Source: a virus
Length of the DNA stretch: 64,000 nt
Reading direction: 5' to 3' (one strand)
IMG/VR virus record: IMGVR_UViG_3300025141_000030
Below are positions 10,254 through 19,662 of this stretch, piece after piece. Made by a program: the position numbers and the translations under genes. Position 1 is the first letter of the stretch. Every line of letters starts with the position of its first letter. Below the pieces are notes generated by a model, which was not told the origin of the DNA, made no database searches, and saw only the letters and a list, made by a program, of their open reading frames with translations.

Positions 10254-11096
10254 ATGTCTAAGAACAGAAATGAAGTATTTAATGCCCCTCGGCCTGAGGA
10301 GTCCCTGAAGGGAACCCCCGGAATCCAGACCCAGGAGCTTGATTTTGAGATACCAGTTGAGACCGTCCCGCTGCCGAGCCAGGGATTAGCCTATGCAGTC
10401 GATCATCCGCTTCACGGCGCTACCACGGTCGATATTAAGGCGATGACAGCCAGGGAGGAGGATATTCTAACCTCCAAGGCTTTCATTAAGAAGGGAACGG
10501 TCATTACCGAGCTCCTTCGTTCGTGCCTGACAGACAAGCGTATCAATCCAGACACGCTGCTGGCGGGTGACAGGAATGCCATCATGGTCGCCATTCGAAT
10601 TACTGGCTACGGTGCCGAGTACAACGTGGAGGTCGATTGTCCCTCCTGCAACACTCGAGACAAGCATGCTTTTAACCTGGGAGAGCTGCCAATTACGTCC
10701 CTGGGTCAGGAGCCGACAGAGATGGGCTCCAACAGGTTTGATTTTATCCTTCCAATGACTAAGAAGTCTGTCCATTTCAAGTTTCTTACTGGTCGCGACG
10801 AGCAGGAGATAATGGTTGCTGCAGGCCGCCGAAAGAAGGGTGGCCTAGTCGCCGATAACCTGGTGACTAATAAGCTGCAGTACAGCCTTGTCGCAATTGA
10901 CGGAAAGACAGAGAAGTCGTCTATCAATCACTTTATCAGGCACATGCCTGCTCGTGACTCGCTGGCGCTACGTCGACACATGGACAAGATCGAGCCCGGC
11001 ATCGAGATGAAGGGGTGGATAGACTGCACGTCGTGTGATGAGTCGACGGAGGTAACGTTCCCACTGGGAGCGTCGTTTTTTTGGCCTGACGCATAG
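10254..11096 (+). CDS. Tail/baseplate assembly chaperone (T4 gp26-like), with two CxxC motifs
   Basis: 'LPSQG..Y', 'IKAMTAREEDIL', 'GDRNAIMVAIRI.GYG..Y', CPSC and CTSC, ends 'FFWPDA'; between tube and tape measure genes. Confidence 0.7.
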   Translation: MSKNRNEVFNAPRPEESLKGTPGIQTQELDFEIPVETVPLPSQGLAYAVDHPLHGATTVDIKAMTAREEDILTSKAFIKKGTVITELLRSCLTDKRINPDTLLAGDRNAIMVAIRITGYGAEYNVEVDCPSCNTRDKHAFNLGELPITSLGQEPTEMGSNRFDFILPMTKKSVHFKFLTGRDEQEIMVAAGRRKKGGLVADNLVTNKLQYSLVAIDGKTEKSSINHFIRHMPARDSLALRRHMDKIEPGIEMKGWIDCTSCDESTEVTFPLGASFFWPDA

Positions 11097-11133
11097 CGAC
11101 AAGGAGATTTTCCTTGAGCAGATCTTCCTGCTG

Positions 11134-11337
11134 ATGTACTACGGTGGATTTACGTACACCGAGAGCTACCTGCTGCCAGTCAGCTTTCGACTCTGGTTTA
11201 TAAGGCGGATCAACACTGAGTTTGAGAAGTCCAACAGGCAGGCGTCCAAGGCTGTCCACGAAAATACGCCTGATAAAAACATGCTAATGGGCAAGAGTCG
11301 CACTCAAACCCCTGCAAGAATGAGGCGATTCACATGA
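11134..11337 (+). CDS. Tail assembly chaperone C-terminal extension (probably reached by frameshift from the upstream gene; frame open from 11077)
   Basis: +1 frame reads FFGLTHSDKEIFLEQIFLLMYYGGF.. from the T7 run at 11076-11082; no RBS-linked start; 'Y.LP...R.WF' resembles GT-type chaperone tails. Confidence 0.6.
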   Translation: MYYGGFTYTESYLLPVSFRLWFIRRINTEFEKSNRQASKAVHENTPDKNMLMGKSRTQTPARMRRFT

Positions 11338-11369
11338 TGCCTATATTTATATAGAATAGCAGTATAGAT

Positions 11370-11645
11370 GTGTTAGAGATGAATGACGCCCCAGGTATAG
11401 GTAGAATGTACCAGCTCGCGACGGCAGCCACAGCCCTCGACCACCCAGCAGCCTCCATGACATCGATAGGGGGAAGCAGGGACCAGGTCGCGGCAACGGC
11501 ACGGGTCATCGCGGCAACCCAGGACCTCAGCAGCTGTCTCGCATCAGACTCGCCATCGCTAAGTCAGGTGATGTCAAGTATTGATCGAAAGAACGTGGCA
11601 GCTGGAGAGTTCCTTCGGTGTACTGGGACGCCTTGGCCTCTCTAG
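11370..11645 (+). CDS. Hypothetical protein (late, tail region)
   Basis: 91-aa ORF fills the gap before the tape measure gene; preceded by the ATATTTAT motif. Confidence 0.5.
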   Translation: MLEMNDAPGIGRMYQLATAATALDHPAASMTSIGGSRDQVAATARVIAATQDLSSCLASDSPSLSQVMSSIDRKNVAAGEFLRCTGTPWPL

Positions 11646-11661
11646 CCAATTGGAGTCGTAA

Positions 11662-12504
11662 GTGGCCAGTAATCTTGAGACAGCCCAGCAGATAAACAAG
11701 CTGATATCAGAGCGAAAGAAGCTGATCCAGGACAGCAACAAGATGCTGTCCAGGCAGGCTGCGATTGCCCGTGAGCTGTGTAAGGCCCTCGACTGCGATG
11801 CCAGCGACTCCCTGGACGATATCGCCAAGCGCGCTAATGACATGGAGAAGGCCCTGCTGGGCGCCCGCGAGGCTGCTGGCGACACCACCGACTCCCTGGA
11901 GGAGATGAACAAGGAGGCCAAGAAGGGCAGCTCGATCTTCGGAGGCATGTGGGGCGCGCTGAAAAAGGTTGGTGGGTACTTGGGCAAGGGCTTCACGATG
12001 GCTATCTCCGCCGCCTCTGCCGCCTACACATTTTTTATCAAGCAGTCAGGCAAGGTCTACGACGAGATGGTGGAGGTCAGAAGGTCTGCTGAGGAGCTTC
12101 GCGACACGTTTGGCAGCCTAGAGCGCGGCCCCGGTAAGAGGGTACTCAGTCAGTCCCGGGCCATGGGCAAGACATTCCGCAAGCTCGGTATTGGCATGAA
12201 GTTCGGCTATGCAGCCGGCTCCCAGATGAACCAGATGCTGGGCAAGATGATGGGTGAGATGGACCCGGCCCACCTGGGTGCCTTCCATCAGATGACCGAC
12301 GACGCCGCCAATGAGATGCTGCTGTTTGGCAAGGCGATCGGTTTCACCGCCAAGGATACAGGCCTGCTCAATCAACGAATGAGGGCCCTCGGCAAGGACG
12401 GTCCTTCCAGCAGATGTCCGACGACGCCGCCAATGAGATGCTGCTGTTTGGCAAGGCGATCGGTTTCACCGCCAAGGATACAGGCCTGCTCAATCAACGA
12501 ATGA
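11662..12504 (+). CDS. Tape measure protein, N-terminal part (frame broken by duplication)
   Basis: Helical Ala/Lys/Glu-rich sequence after a GGAG RBS; goes out of frame at the 122-bp duplication, so residues after ..KDGPS are spurious. Confidence 0.7.
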   Translation: MASNLETAQQINKLISERKKLIQDSNKMLSRQAAIARELCKALDCDASDSLDDIAKRANDMEKALLGAREAAGDTTDSLEEMNKEAKKGSSIFGGMWGALKKVGGYLGKGFTMAISAASAAYTFFIKQSGKVYDEMVEVRRSAEELRDTFGSLERGPGKRVLSQSRAMGKTFRKLGIGMKFGYAAGSQMNQMLGKMMGEMDPAHLGAFHQMTDDAANEMLLFGKAIGFTAKDTGLLNQRMRALGKDGPSSRCPTTPPMRCCCLARRSVSPPRIQACSINE

Positions 12505-12524
12505 GGGCCCTCGGCAAGGACGGC
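12281..12524 (+). repeat. 122-bp near-perfect tandem duplication (12281-12402 and 12403-12524)
   Basis: Both copies read ccttcca(t/g)cagatg(a/t)ccgacgacgccgccaatgag...ggcaaggacgg; 3 mismatches, all at the copy ends; period is not a multiple of 3. Confidence 0.95.
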
Positions 12525-15500
12525 CCGTCCGAGATAAAGAAGATCGCCGATATCAGCTTCAGGGTTCAGAACGTGACTGGCATGACCGCCATCGCCGTCG
12601 GCAAGTCATTTGCTGCCATGACCGAGAATGTCAAGATCTTCGGCGACATGAACTCTGAACAGATGGGACAGGCCATCGCCAAGGCATCCCAATTAGGCGT
12701 TGGGGTCAAGGAACTGGCAGCCGTCGGTGAGGCATTCTTCTCCTTCGACAAGGCCGCCGAGAACGTCTCGCGCCTCAGTCAGGCGTTCGGCACCAATATT
12801 GACACCATGAAGATGCTCAATGCCGCCAGCCCGGCCGACCAGATTGACGAGATCAGGAACTCGCTCTTCGCCGCCGGCAAGTCGGCCGAGTCCATGAGCC
12901 GCCACGAGAAGGCACTCCTGGCCGACACCCTCAACCTGTCGGCAGGACAGGCCGAACTGATGTTCTCCCAGGAGGCCCAGTACATGTCCCAGGAGGAGCT
13001 GGACAAGGCCATGGCCGACAAGGATCCCCAGAAGCAGATGGTCAAAGGCCTGCAGGACGTCGCCGACCAGATCAAGAAGGTCATCAACAGCCTGAGCGAT
13101 ATGGGTCTCCAGGGCAAGGGCTTCTTCGGGGCCTTCACAACAGGCCTGACTGACGGACTGTTCCGTTTCGGCAGGTTCGGCAAGACGGCTGGCAAGACGG
13201 GCGACTCGCTCATCACACTGCGACAAAGGGGTGAGGATTTCGCCAAGAACCTGACCAAGGAGGGTGCGCCGCTGGCAGGCATCTTCGACAAGCTGGATGC
13301 CGCCGTCGCCAAGGTGGAGCCCACTGTCACCAAGCTGATGGGCCCGGTGGCTGACCTGATCGGCGCCATGGCCGAGGGCGACATGGATAAGGCCAAGGAC
13401 GCGTTCGCGAGCCTGGGCGACATTATCAAGGATGCGTTTAGGGCCATCTTCGTCGACAGTGGCATGGTCCAGACGATCAAGGACGCCCTGATGACGCTCT
13501 GGCACACTGCCAGTGACTACTTCATTGATGAGGTGGTGCCGTACCTCCAGGACACCGTCGTTCCACTAATGAGTGGCCTGCTAGAAAAACTGAAGGACTG
13601 GGCGCTGAACAACAAGAAACTGGTCATCGCCGCCTTCCTTGTCCTGTTCGGGCCCGCTGTCATATCAGGTATTATATCAGGTGCCGCTGGCCTGCTCGGT
13701 GGCCTCGCTTCTGGCCTTGGGAAGATATTTGCTGCATCTGTTCCAAACCCCCCACCGCTTCCCGCCCCAGGCGAGTCCAAGGGATTTTTTGGGGCGATGA
13801 AGGGCCTGGTCAAAGGGCTCGCCGATATTGTCACCCTTGGTATCCCGACTATTCTCAAGGCCGCAGCCGGCGCAGCCGTCCTGGGCACCCTGGTGGCTAT
13901 TGGAATAACACCGCTGGCCCTGGCCATGATTGGCCTTGCTAAGCTCGCTGGTGCTAACATAGGCGGTGTTGCCATGCTTGCAGCGTCGCTTGGCGTCGTC
14001 ATGCTTGCCATGACGCCCATGATTGCCATCGGTGCTGTCCTCGGCGCCATGATGATGGCAGTTCCCTGGGGCACGGCTGGCGTCGCACTAATAGCTGCGG
14101 GATTCGGGGTCCTGTCCACCCTAATGGGTACCTTCACGGCATCGCTGATTCCCGTTATTAACTCCCTGGCCGACGCCGCCTCCACTATTCCAAGCCCACG
14201 TGCCGTCGAGGCTGTTGCCAATGCCCTCGCCAAGGTGGTCGGAGCAGCCACGGACCTGATGAAGAACCTCGGCCCTATCATCAAGACGCTAAAGCCAAAC
14301 ATATTCAGTAAGGGCCAGAATGAAAGTTTTGCCAGCAATATGAAGCTCTTCACGGATCTGATCGATAAAATTATGGTCAGCGTGATTGCTATCGTCGAGA
14401 AGCTTGCCGACGCCGCCATGAAGCTGGGCACCCCGTCATCGATCCAGGGTGCCGCCGCCCTCGGCGATATAATTGGAGCCATCTCTAACCTTATTGATGT
14501 CATCTCTCCCAACCTGGACGCCCTCAAGACATCACATGAGTCGTACGGTCACGGATACAGCGAGAGGTCCACGGGGATCAATATCGCCGCCCTTGAGGGC
14601 CTCAAGGTCTTTTATGAGTCAATGGGTCCCTCTATTGAGATACTAGTCGAGTCGGTGGTTGAGAGCATGTTGAAGATGGTCGGTGGCAAGGAGCAACAGA
14701 TCAAGGATGCCGGTGAAGCTGCCATCCCGCTGTTCGAGGCCATTCGCAACCTAATGGGAGCGGTCAGCGCCCTTACAGCCCGCGGTACAGACTGGAAAGA
14801 TGCTGACGTGCGCGATGACATAAAACTGGGCATCACCCGCGGCCTCGAGTTCCTATCAGAGGTTGTGAATCCGCAGAAGGAGATGGGTGGCGCTCTCTTA
14901 GGGTTTGTTGCCTTGATTCCAGTGTTTTCAACAGTAACGCAGGCAATCACTGGAGGCCAGGGCCTAAAGGGATTTATCGACACGATTAAGGATGTCATAT
15001 ACGGCGTTGTGCAGATGAACGCTGAGTCCAATAAACTGAAGGCGGTAAATGTAGCCAGCGCTGGCGATATTCGGCTCATTATTAGGAATTTATTTAACCT
15101 GGGAGTGACAATCCGGGAGGAGCTCTTCCCGAATGAGTATATCCACACCCGAGCCGGCCGGGACCCGAAGCAGGTCTCGGGCCCACTTGGCTTTGGATCC
15201 ATAACTGAATGGATCGGTCTTGGGGCAAACATCATTTTGGCGAGTGCAGGGATGGCATATTTTCATATAGCTATTAAGATGTTCGGTAATACTGTCAAGG
15301 GTATATCGCCAGACCTTCTCAAGCTTTCTAGGAGTGGAACTAGCCTTGAGAGTGCCATCGTTGGTAGGGGAACCACACTCGGATTTGATGTCAATGAGTG
15401 GCGAGGCGCCAGCGCAGATATTTGGGACCTCGCCGATATCTTCGAGAACCTGGAATATCCGATGGATCGCCTGTCCCAGGCTTTTGATAGTTTCCAGTCA

Positions 15501-15902
15501 CACGCCTCTGGACTGCATGACACTGTCTTTGCTAGTGGTTATACCAACCTGGGCTTCGGCGACGCGTCCAAGTGGACACGTTTTGCCCAGGAGATGAAGA
15601 AGATATCCAAGGTCTTTAACAATTCTCTCAACGCCAGCACTGACAGTCTCGCTGCGAGCGTTGCCGATTTTGCCATCGCCATCCCCAAGATCACCAGGGA
15701 TATCGAGAAGCTGGACGTTGTCAAGATCCAGGCTGTCATGGCTCAGAAGGGTGCCGCTGCCTCGGTGCTAGAGGCAGATGATGTTAGCGTTGAGACCAAT
15801 GAGGGCGCGCCTGCCGTTAACTTCCACATTAACATCACCATGGATGCTGATAAGGTCGCCAGGGCTTGTATTAACACTAGCCTGATACCAGGAACTGGAT
15901 AG
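12414..15902 (+). CDS. Tape measure protein, main part
   Basis: 1162 aa, Ala/Gly/Leu-rich helical repeats with hydrophobic central segments; canonical position after the tail chaperones. Confidence 0.8.
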   Translation: MSDDAANEMLLFGKAIGFTAKDTGLLNQRMRALGKDGPSEIKKIADISFRVQNVTGMTAIAVGKSFAAMTENVKIFGDMNSEQMGQAIAKASQLGVGVKELAAVGEAFFSFDKAAENVSRLSQAFGTNIDTMKMLNAASPADQIDEIRNSLFAAGKSAESMSRHEKALLADTLNLSAGQAELMFSQEAQYMSQEELDKAMADKDPQKQMVKGLQDVADQIKKVINSLSDMGLQGKGFFGAFTTGLTDGLFRFGRFGKTAGKTGDSLITLRQRGEDFAKNLTKEGAPLAGIFDKLDAAVAKVEPTVTKLMGPVADLIGAMAEGDMDKAKDAFASLGDIIKDAFRAIFVDSGMVQTIKDALMTLWHTASDYFIDEVVPYLQDTVVPLMSGLLEKLKDWALNNKKLVIAAFLVLFGPAVISGIISGAAGLLGGLASGLGKIFAASVPNPPPLPAPGESKGFFGAMKGLVKGLADIVTLGIPTILKAAAGAAVLGTLVAIGITPLALAMIGLAKLAGANIGGVAMLAASLGVVMLAMTPMIAIGAVLGAMMMAVPWGTAGVALIAAGFGVLSTLMGTFTASLIPVINSLADAASTIPSPRAVEAVANALAKVVGAATDLMKNLGPIIKTLKPNIFSKGQNESFASNMKLFTDLIDKIMVSVIAIVEKLADAAMKLGTPSSIQGAAALGDIIGAISNLIDVISPNLDALKTSHESYGHGYSERSTGINIAALEGLKVFYESMGPSIEILVESVVESMLKMVGGKEQQIKDAGEAAIPLFEAIRNLMGAVSALTARGTDWKDADVRDDIKLGITRGLEFLSEVVNPQKEMGGALLGFVALIPVFSTVTQAITGGQGLKGFIDTIKDVIYGVVQMNAESNKLKAVNVASAGDIRLIIRNLFNLGVTIREELFPNEYIHTRAGRDPKQVSGPLGFGSITEWIGLGANIILASAGMAYFHIAIKMFGNTVKGISPDLLKLSRSGTSLESAIVGRGTTLGFDVNEWRGASADIWDLADIFENLEYPMDRLSQAFDSFQSHASGLHDTVFASGYTNLGFGDASKWTRFAQEMKKISKVFNNSLNASTDSLAASVADFAIAIPKITRDIEKLDVVKIQAVMAQKGAAASVLEADDVSVETNEGAPAVNFHINITMDADKVARACINTSLIPGTG

Positions 15903-15911
15903 GGAGTAGCT

Positions 15912-16175
15912 ATGTCCGATAAGATTAAGTTTGATATATATTCCGATGTCGTCACCCACGACATCTATGACATTATGACCAAGGACCTCACAAAAGAGGA
16001 GAAGACTCACCTCAATGCAGTCCTCAAGCAGTTCACTGAGATGCTGGAGGCAGGTATCGTTCGACCTGGGTATGAACTGATGGAGAGGTGCAGGGACGAG
16101 CTGGCACAGGACATGGTCGAGGATGTGGTCGAGGAGATGGTTAAGGAGCAGCAGGCTGAGGACGCCGAGGAGTAG
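15912..16175 (+). CDS. Hypothetical acidic protein
   Basis: 87 aa, GGGAG RBS, tightly packed between neighbours. Confidence 0.6.
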   Translation: MSDKIKFDIYSDVVTHDIYDIMTKDLTKEEKTHLNAVLKQFTEMLEAGIVRPGYELMERCRDELAQDMVEDVVEEMVKEQQAEDAEE

Positions 16176-16180
16176 GAAAA

Positions 16181-19100
16181 GTGGAAATCGAAGATCCAGA
16201 AAATCCAGGACCCTATATAGTCGACGGTACCGAGGGTGACGAGGACAGGTTTGAGCCTGGGATCGATGACCTGACGGAGCCGCTACGCCAGCGCCTGGGT
16301 GACTACCTCAGCGATAATACCCTTAACGGTCACACCAACGGCTACCAGCCCACCCGCGGCAACACCTATACTATCCCCCCGGGATCTACTGAGACATCCT
16401 ACACCGAGGCCGGCAAGCCGCTCCCTATTATAACTGCCGGCGGCCGCCTCAATCCTGACCAGGCGTTCTCCCCGATGGGAACGACCCTGGACCTTGACTT
16501 CGGTGCCAGCGAGCTCTTCGACGGCGGCACTGGTGTGGGAGGCCAGACACTTGGCGATTTCCTGTCTAGGGGAGGCGTCGATCCCGACGCCGCACACAGC
16601 GGGCACACCCTACTGCCAGATGCCACAATATCCACAGGCCTACGTCGACATGGACAGGCTGAGGCACCATCACTGGCCGAGGATGTGGTCGCCCCTGTCA
16701 ATCGCCTGGTCTCCCAGGCCCTGCAGAAGAATAGGTGGAATCCCAGGGCCTCCGAGACACCATTCGATCCGGAGGGTAATCGTGCCGACGATGGCCAGTC
16801 TGAGTTGACAGGAATTATGTCCAGTGTCGCTGACACTATGCCAATTGCCGGCGTCCAGAAGGAGCTCGGCTCCTACGATCCCAACGCGCCTAGCATTAAC
16901 TTTGACCAGCTGCGACGCGTCGCCCTGTCACTGATGTTGCAGGCCACCGGCGAGTCTGGTGCCGGCACCGTTGACCCGCTCTCTTCTGACATGGCAGACA
17001 AGGGCCAGGTTCCAGGTGCCACTCAGCTCGGTATCCCCAGGACACAGGCTCAGCTCCGCGCCTCCGACGCCTTCGGCGCTCCTCGCCATGATGGTGGTGC
17101 CGATCCACTTGCCGAGCGCCCTTCGGTTCATGCCGGTTCCAAGGCGGGCGTGACTGACATGTACGGCCGGACGCCCTTCAGCTACGGTAGCTTTAATAGC
17201 TATCTTGAGAAATTTGGCGGCAATGATACGGCCACGAACGCCCTGGCGGCGACTATTATCCTGTCATTAGGTGCTGCGATGAAGCCACTGGAGATGATAA
17301 TGGTAGCGCTCCTAGAGCCTGTCACCGCCCTGGAGGCCCTGGCACGTATAATGCCCATTGGTTCCATGAAGGTGACAGGCAGAGGTCCGCTGGCTGTTCC
17401 ACCAATTATAAATCTCAACGACCTCACGGCCAGGATGGATTCCCAGGGTAAGCCTCCACTTATTTTTGGTGGCAGGTCATCTCGACGAAGTCTAATGCTG
17501 ACACCCATCGTCGCCGAGCTGCTGGGCGTCGTGGTACCAGATAACCAGTCCGGCCTGAGCGGCGCTGGCAGGTCAGGCATTGACGTCCCTCCAGATCCGA
17601 CAGGAACGAAGTATACCATGTACATTCGAACTGTTGAGTGGGGAATTGTCACCATGTTCTTTCCTACGACAGTCCTACAGTCGCCTGGCTTTTATATTAC
17701 GGTTGCACGTGAAATAATCCGAAGCACTTTGGATTTAGCTCGTTCCACCGAGCTGCTTAATGGTCAGGTCGTGTCAGAGGCAGCCGGAGCCTCCATGAAT
17801 GCTACCCTTCATGAGATGCTGACTTCTAAGCTGGCTAATTTTATTAATGTCATGACTACTATCGGCAATGCGGCGCTAAAGCACAATCCAATGTTACTTC
17901 AGCTTCCAATTTCAATTGGGTTCAATCCCGGATCCCCTATCCTACCCCCATCAGGAATAACATCCGTGCCGGGCTTCCCACCACTTAGTTACCAGAACCA
18001 GCTGCCGGCCAACTATGCCCTTGCTTCCAAGAGCGGCAAGCTAGGAGGAGCCGGCCGCGGCGCCGGCTACCGTGCCGGAAATGCGTTAACTATGCTTCTT
18101 CAGCCTGAGTCATTTAGCAATGCTTCAACAAATTCTGGACTGGCTGGCCCCGCTTTAATATCGACAGCTCAACGTATTGAGGCTGAACTTGTACAGGCAA
18201 AGGAGACATATGGGCCTTTGGGCCTCGCGACGGCGGCCCTGTCAAGCCTGACAGGCTTGCAGATTAAATCACCGGGTGGCGCGTATGACCAGCTTGTTAG
18301 CCGGGAGACTCCGTACGGCGTCGGGGATAGTAGATTTAGAAGGAAATCTAAGATAGAGGTGGAGGACAGGGAGGCTATAGAGGACGAGCTTGAGGCCGAG
18401 TACATGCCGTTTTATTTTCATGACCTTAGGACGAATGAGATCGTGTCCTTTCAGGCTTTTCTAGAATCACTGACAGACAGTTATTCTGTCCAGCATACCT
18501 CCACTGATGCCTATGGCCGAATAGATTCTATTAAGATCTATAAGTCAACATCACGAACATTGTCATTAAGCTTTACCATCGCTGCGACCAATCACCTGGA
18601 CTTTGATATTATGTACACCAAGATTAACAAGCTGGTGACACTAATATATCCGCAGTGGTCACCCGGCCGCGTGCTTCAAGACCCAAGCGACAACAAGATA
18701 ATACAGCCGTTCTCTCAAATTCCAACAGCCAGTCCTGTTATTAGGCTTCGTATCGGCGATATAGTCCGCACGAACTATAGCAAGTTCAACCTATTACGAC
18801 TGTTTGGAATGGGTACAGATAATTTTGCTATCACATCAAATGCTGTCCAGGAGGCTGCTATTAAGGCGATTAGGGACGCCATAATGGCTGCGGGGACTGA
18901 TCCGAATACTGGCGAGCCACTACCTGGGATCGAGGAACTGGCAAATCAGGCCGCAGCCGCGTTGGCTGGATCAACCACATCTGACATTACGGACGAAGCA
19001 AAGAACCCGGTGCTTAGGTCATTCCGTGCTGTCGGCGGTCGTGGCCTCGCTGGAGTTATTACATCCCTTAACTTTGACTGGCTCGGTGGAAACACATGGG

Positions 19101-19360
19101 AGGTCGCTAAGTACGGATCACGTGCGCCCAAGCTCTGCAAGGTGTCGGTGGCATTTGCACCAATGCACGATATAGCTCCTGGAATCGATGCCGATGGCAT
19201 GAATCGAGCTCCGCTGTATCCGGTCGGCGACGCCATGAGATCGGTTGCAGGCCTACTGGAGGACAAGCTCGGTCGCGAGAAGTTTATGGAGATCAAGAAG
19301 CAGGTTGATGAGGTTATCAACCAGATGGTTGACAAGACCGGAATAGTTGACTACACCTAG
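16181..19360 (+). CDS. Baseplate / tail-tube initiator-like protein
   Basis: 1059 aa; C-terminal 'F.AFLESLTDSYS......YGR......Y..T.R.LSLSF.I' resembles tube-fold baseplate (gp48/54-like) domains; follows the tape measure gene. Confidence 0.5.
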   Translation: MEIEDPENPGPYIVDGTEGDEDRFEPGIDDLTEPLRQRLGDYLSDNTLNGHTNGYQPTRGNTYTIPPGSTETSYTEAGKPLPIITAGGRLNPDQAFSPMGTTLDLDFGASELFDGGTGVGGQTLGDFLSRGGVDPDAAHSGHTLLPDATISTGLRRHGQAEAPSLAEDVVAPVNRLVSQALQKNRWNPRASETPFDPEGNRADDGQSELTGIMSSVADTMPIAGVQKELGSYDPNAPSINFDQLRRVALSLMLQATGESGAGTVDPLSSDMADKGQVPGATQLGIPRTQAQLRASDAFGAPRHDGGADPLAERPSVHAGSKAGVTDMYGRTPFSYGSFNSYLEKFGGNDTATNALAATIILSLGAAMKPLEMIMVALLEPVTALEALARIMPIGSMKVTGRGPLAVPPIINLNDLTARMDSQGKPPLIFGGRSSRRSLMLTPIVAELLGVVVPDNQSGLSGAGRSGIDVPPDPTGTKYTMYIRTVEWGIVTMFFPTTVLQSPGFYITVAREIIRSTLDLARSTELLNGQVVSEAAGASMNATLHEMLTSKLANFINVMTTIGNAALKHNPMLLQLPISIGFNPGSPILPPSGITSVPGFPPLSYQNQLPANYALASKSGKLGGAGRGAGYRAGNALTMLLQPESFSNASTNSGLAGPALISTAQRIEAELVQAKETYGPLGLATAALSSLTGLQIKSPGGAYDQLVSRETPYGVGDSRFRRKSKIEVEDREAIEDELEAEYMPFYFHDLRTNEIVSFQAFLESLTDSYSVQHTSTDAYGRIDSIKIYKSTSRTLSLSFTIAATNHLDFDIMYTKINKLVTLIYPQWSPGRVLQDPSDNKIIQPFSQIPTASPVIRLRIGDIVRTNYSKFNLLRLFGMGTDNFAITSNAVQEAAIKAIRDAIMAAGTDPNTGEPLPGIEELANQAAAALAGSTTSDITDEAKNPVLRSFRAVGGRGLAGVITSLNFDWLGGNTWEVAKYGSRAPKLCKVSVAFAPMHDIAPGIDADGMNRAPLYPVGDAMRSVAGLLEDKLGREKFMEIKKQVDEVINQMVDKTGIVDYT

Positions 19361-19368
19361 GATTTATA

Positions 19369-19662
19369 ATGGCAGTTTCAAGATACACCAGGGACACGAT
19401 TATAAAGAACGGTTCCACCCTTCGGACGGCGACCGCTTTTCGAATGGTTAGGAATGCCGTCCGCACGGGTAAAATTAGGACCAGGACAATTACGTTACGT
19501 GGCTACGCACGACTAGATACTTTGGCCGGGCAATACTATGGAGACGGAAGATATTGGTGGGTCATCGCCGCAGCTTCTGGTATTGGTTGGGGCATGCAGA
19601 TTCCGGCAGGTACTAATATAAAGATACCCGATATCGGACAGGTCGTGAGCCTGATCACATGA
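19369..19662 (+). CDS. LysM-like baseplate wedge / tail protein X
   Basis: 97 aa; 'RLDTLAGQYYGDGRYWWVIAAAS.I.......G..I.IP' is the LysM/gp53/gpX pattern. Confidence 0.8.
   Translation: MAVSRYTRDTIIKNGSTLRTATAFRMVRNAVRTGKIRTRTITLRGYARLDTLAGQYYGDGRYWWVIAAASGIGWGMQIPAGTNIKIPDIGQVVSLIT

Noticed and set aside
12566-15235. Long minus-strand ORFs (up to 336 aa) opposite the tape measure gene, and similar ones opposite the sheath and fibre genes
   Set aside because: Shadow ORFs caused by codon bias of the + strand genes; no motifs or RBS, and they fully overlap confident CDSs.
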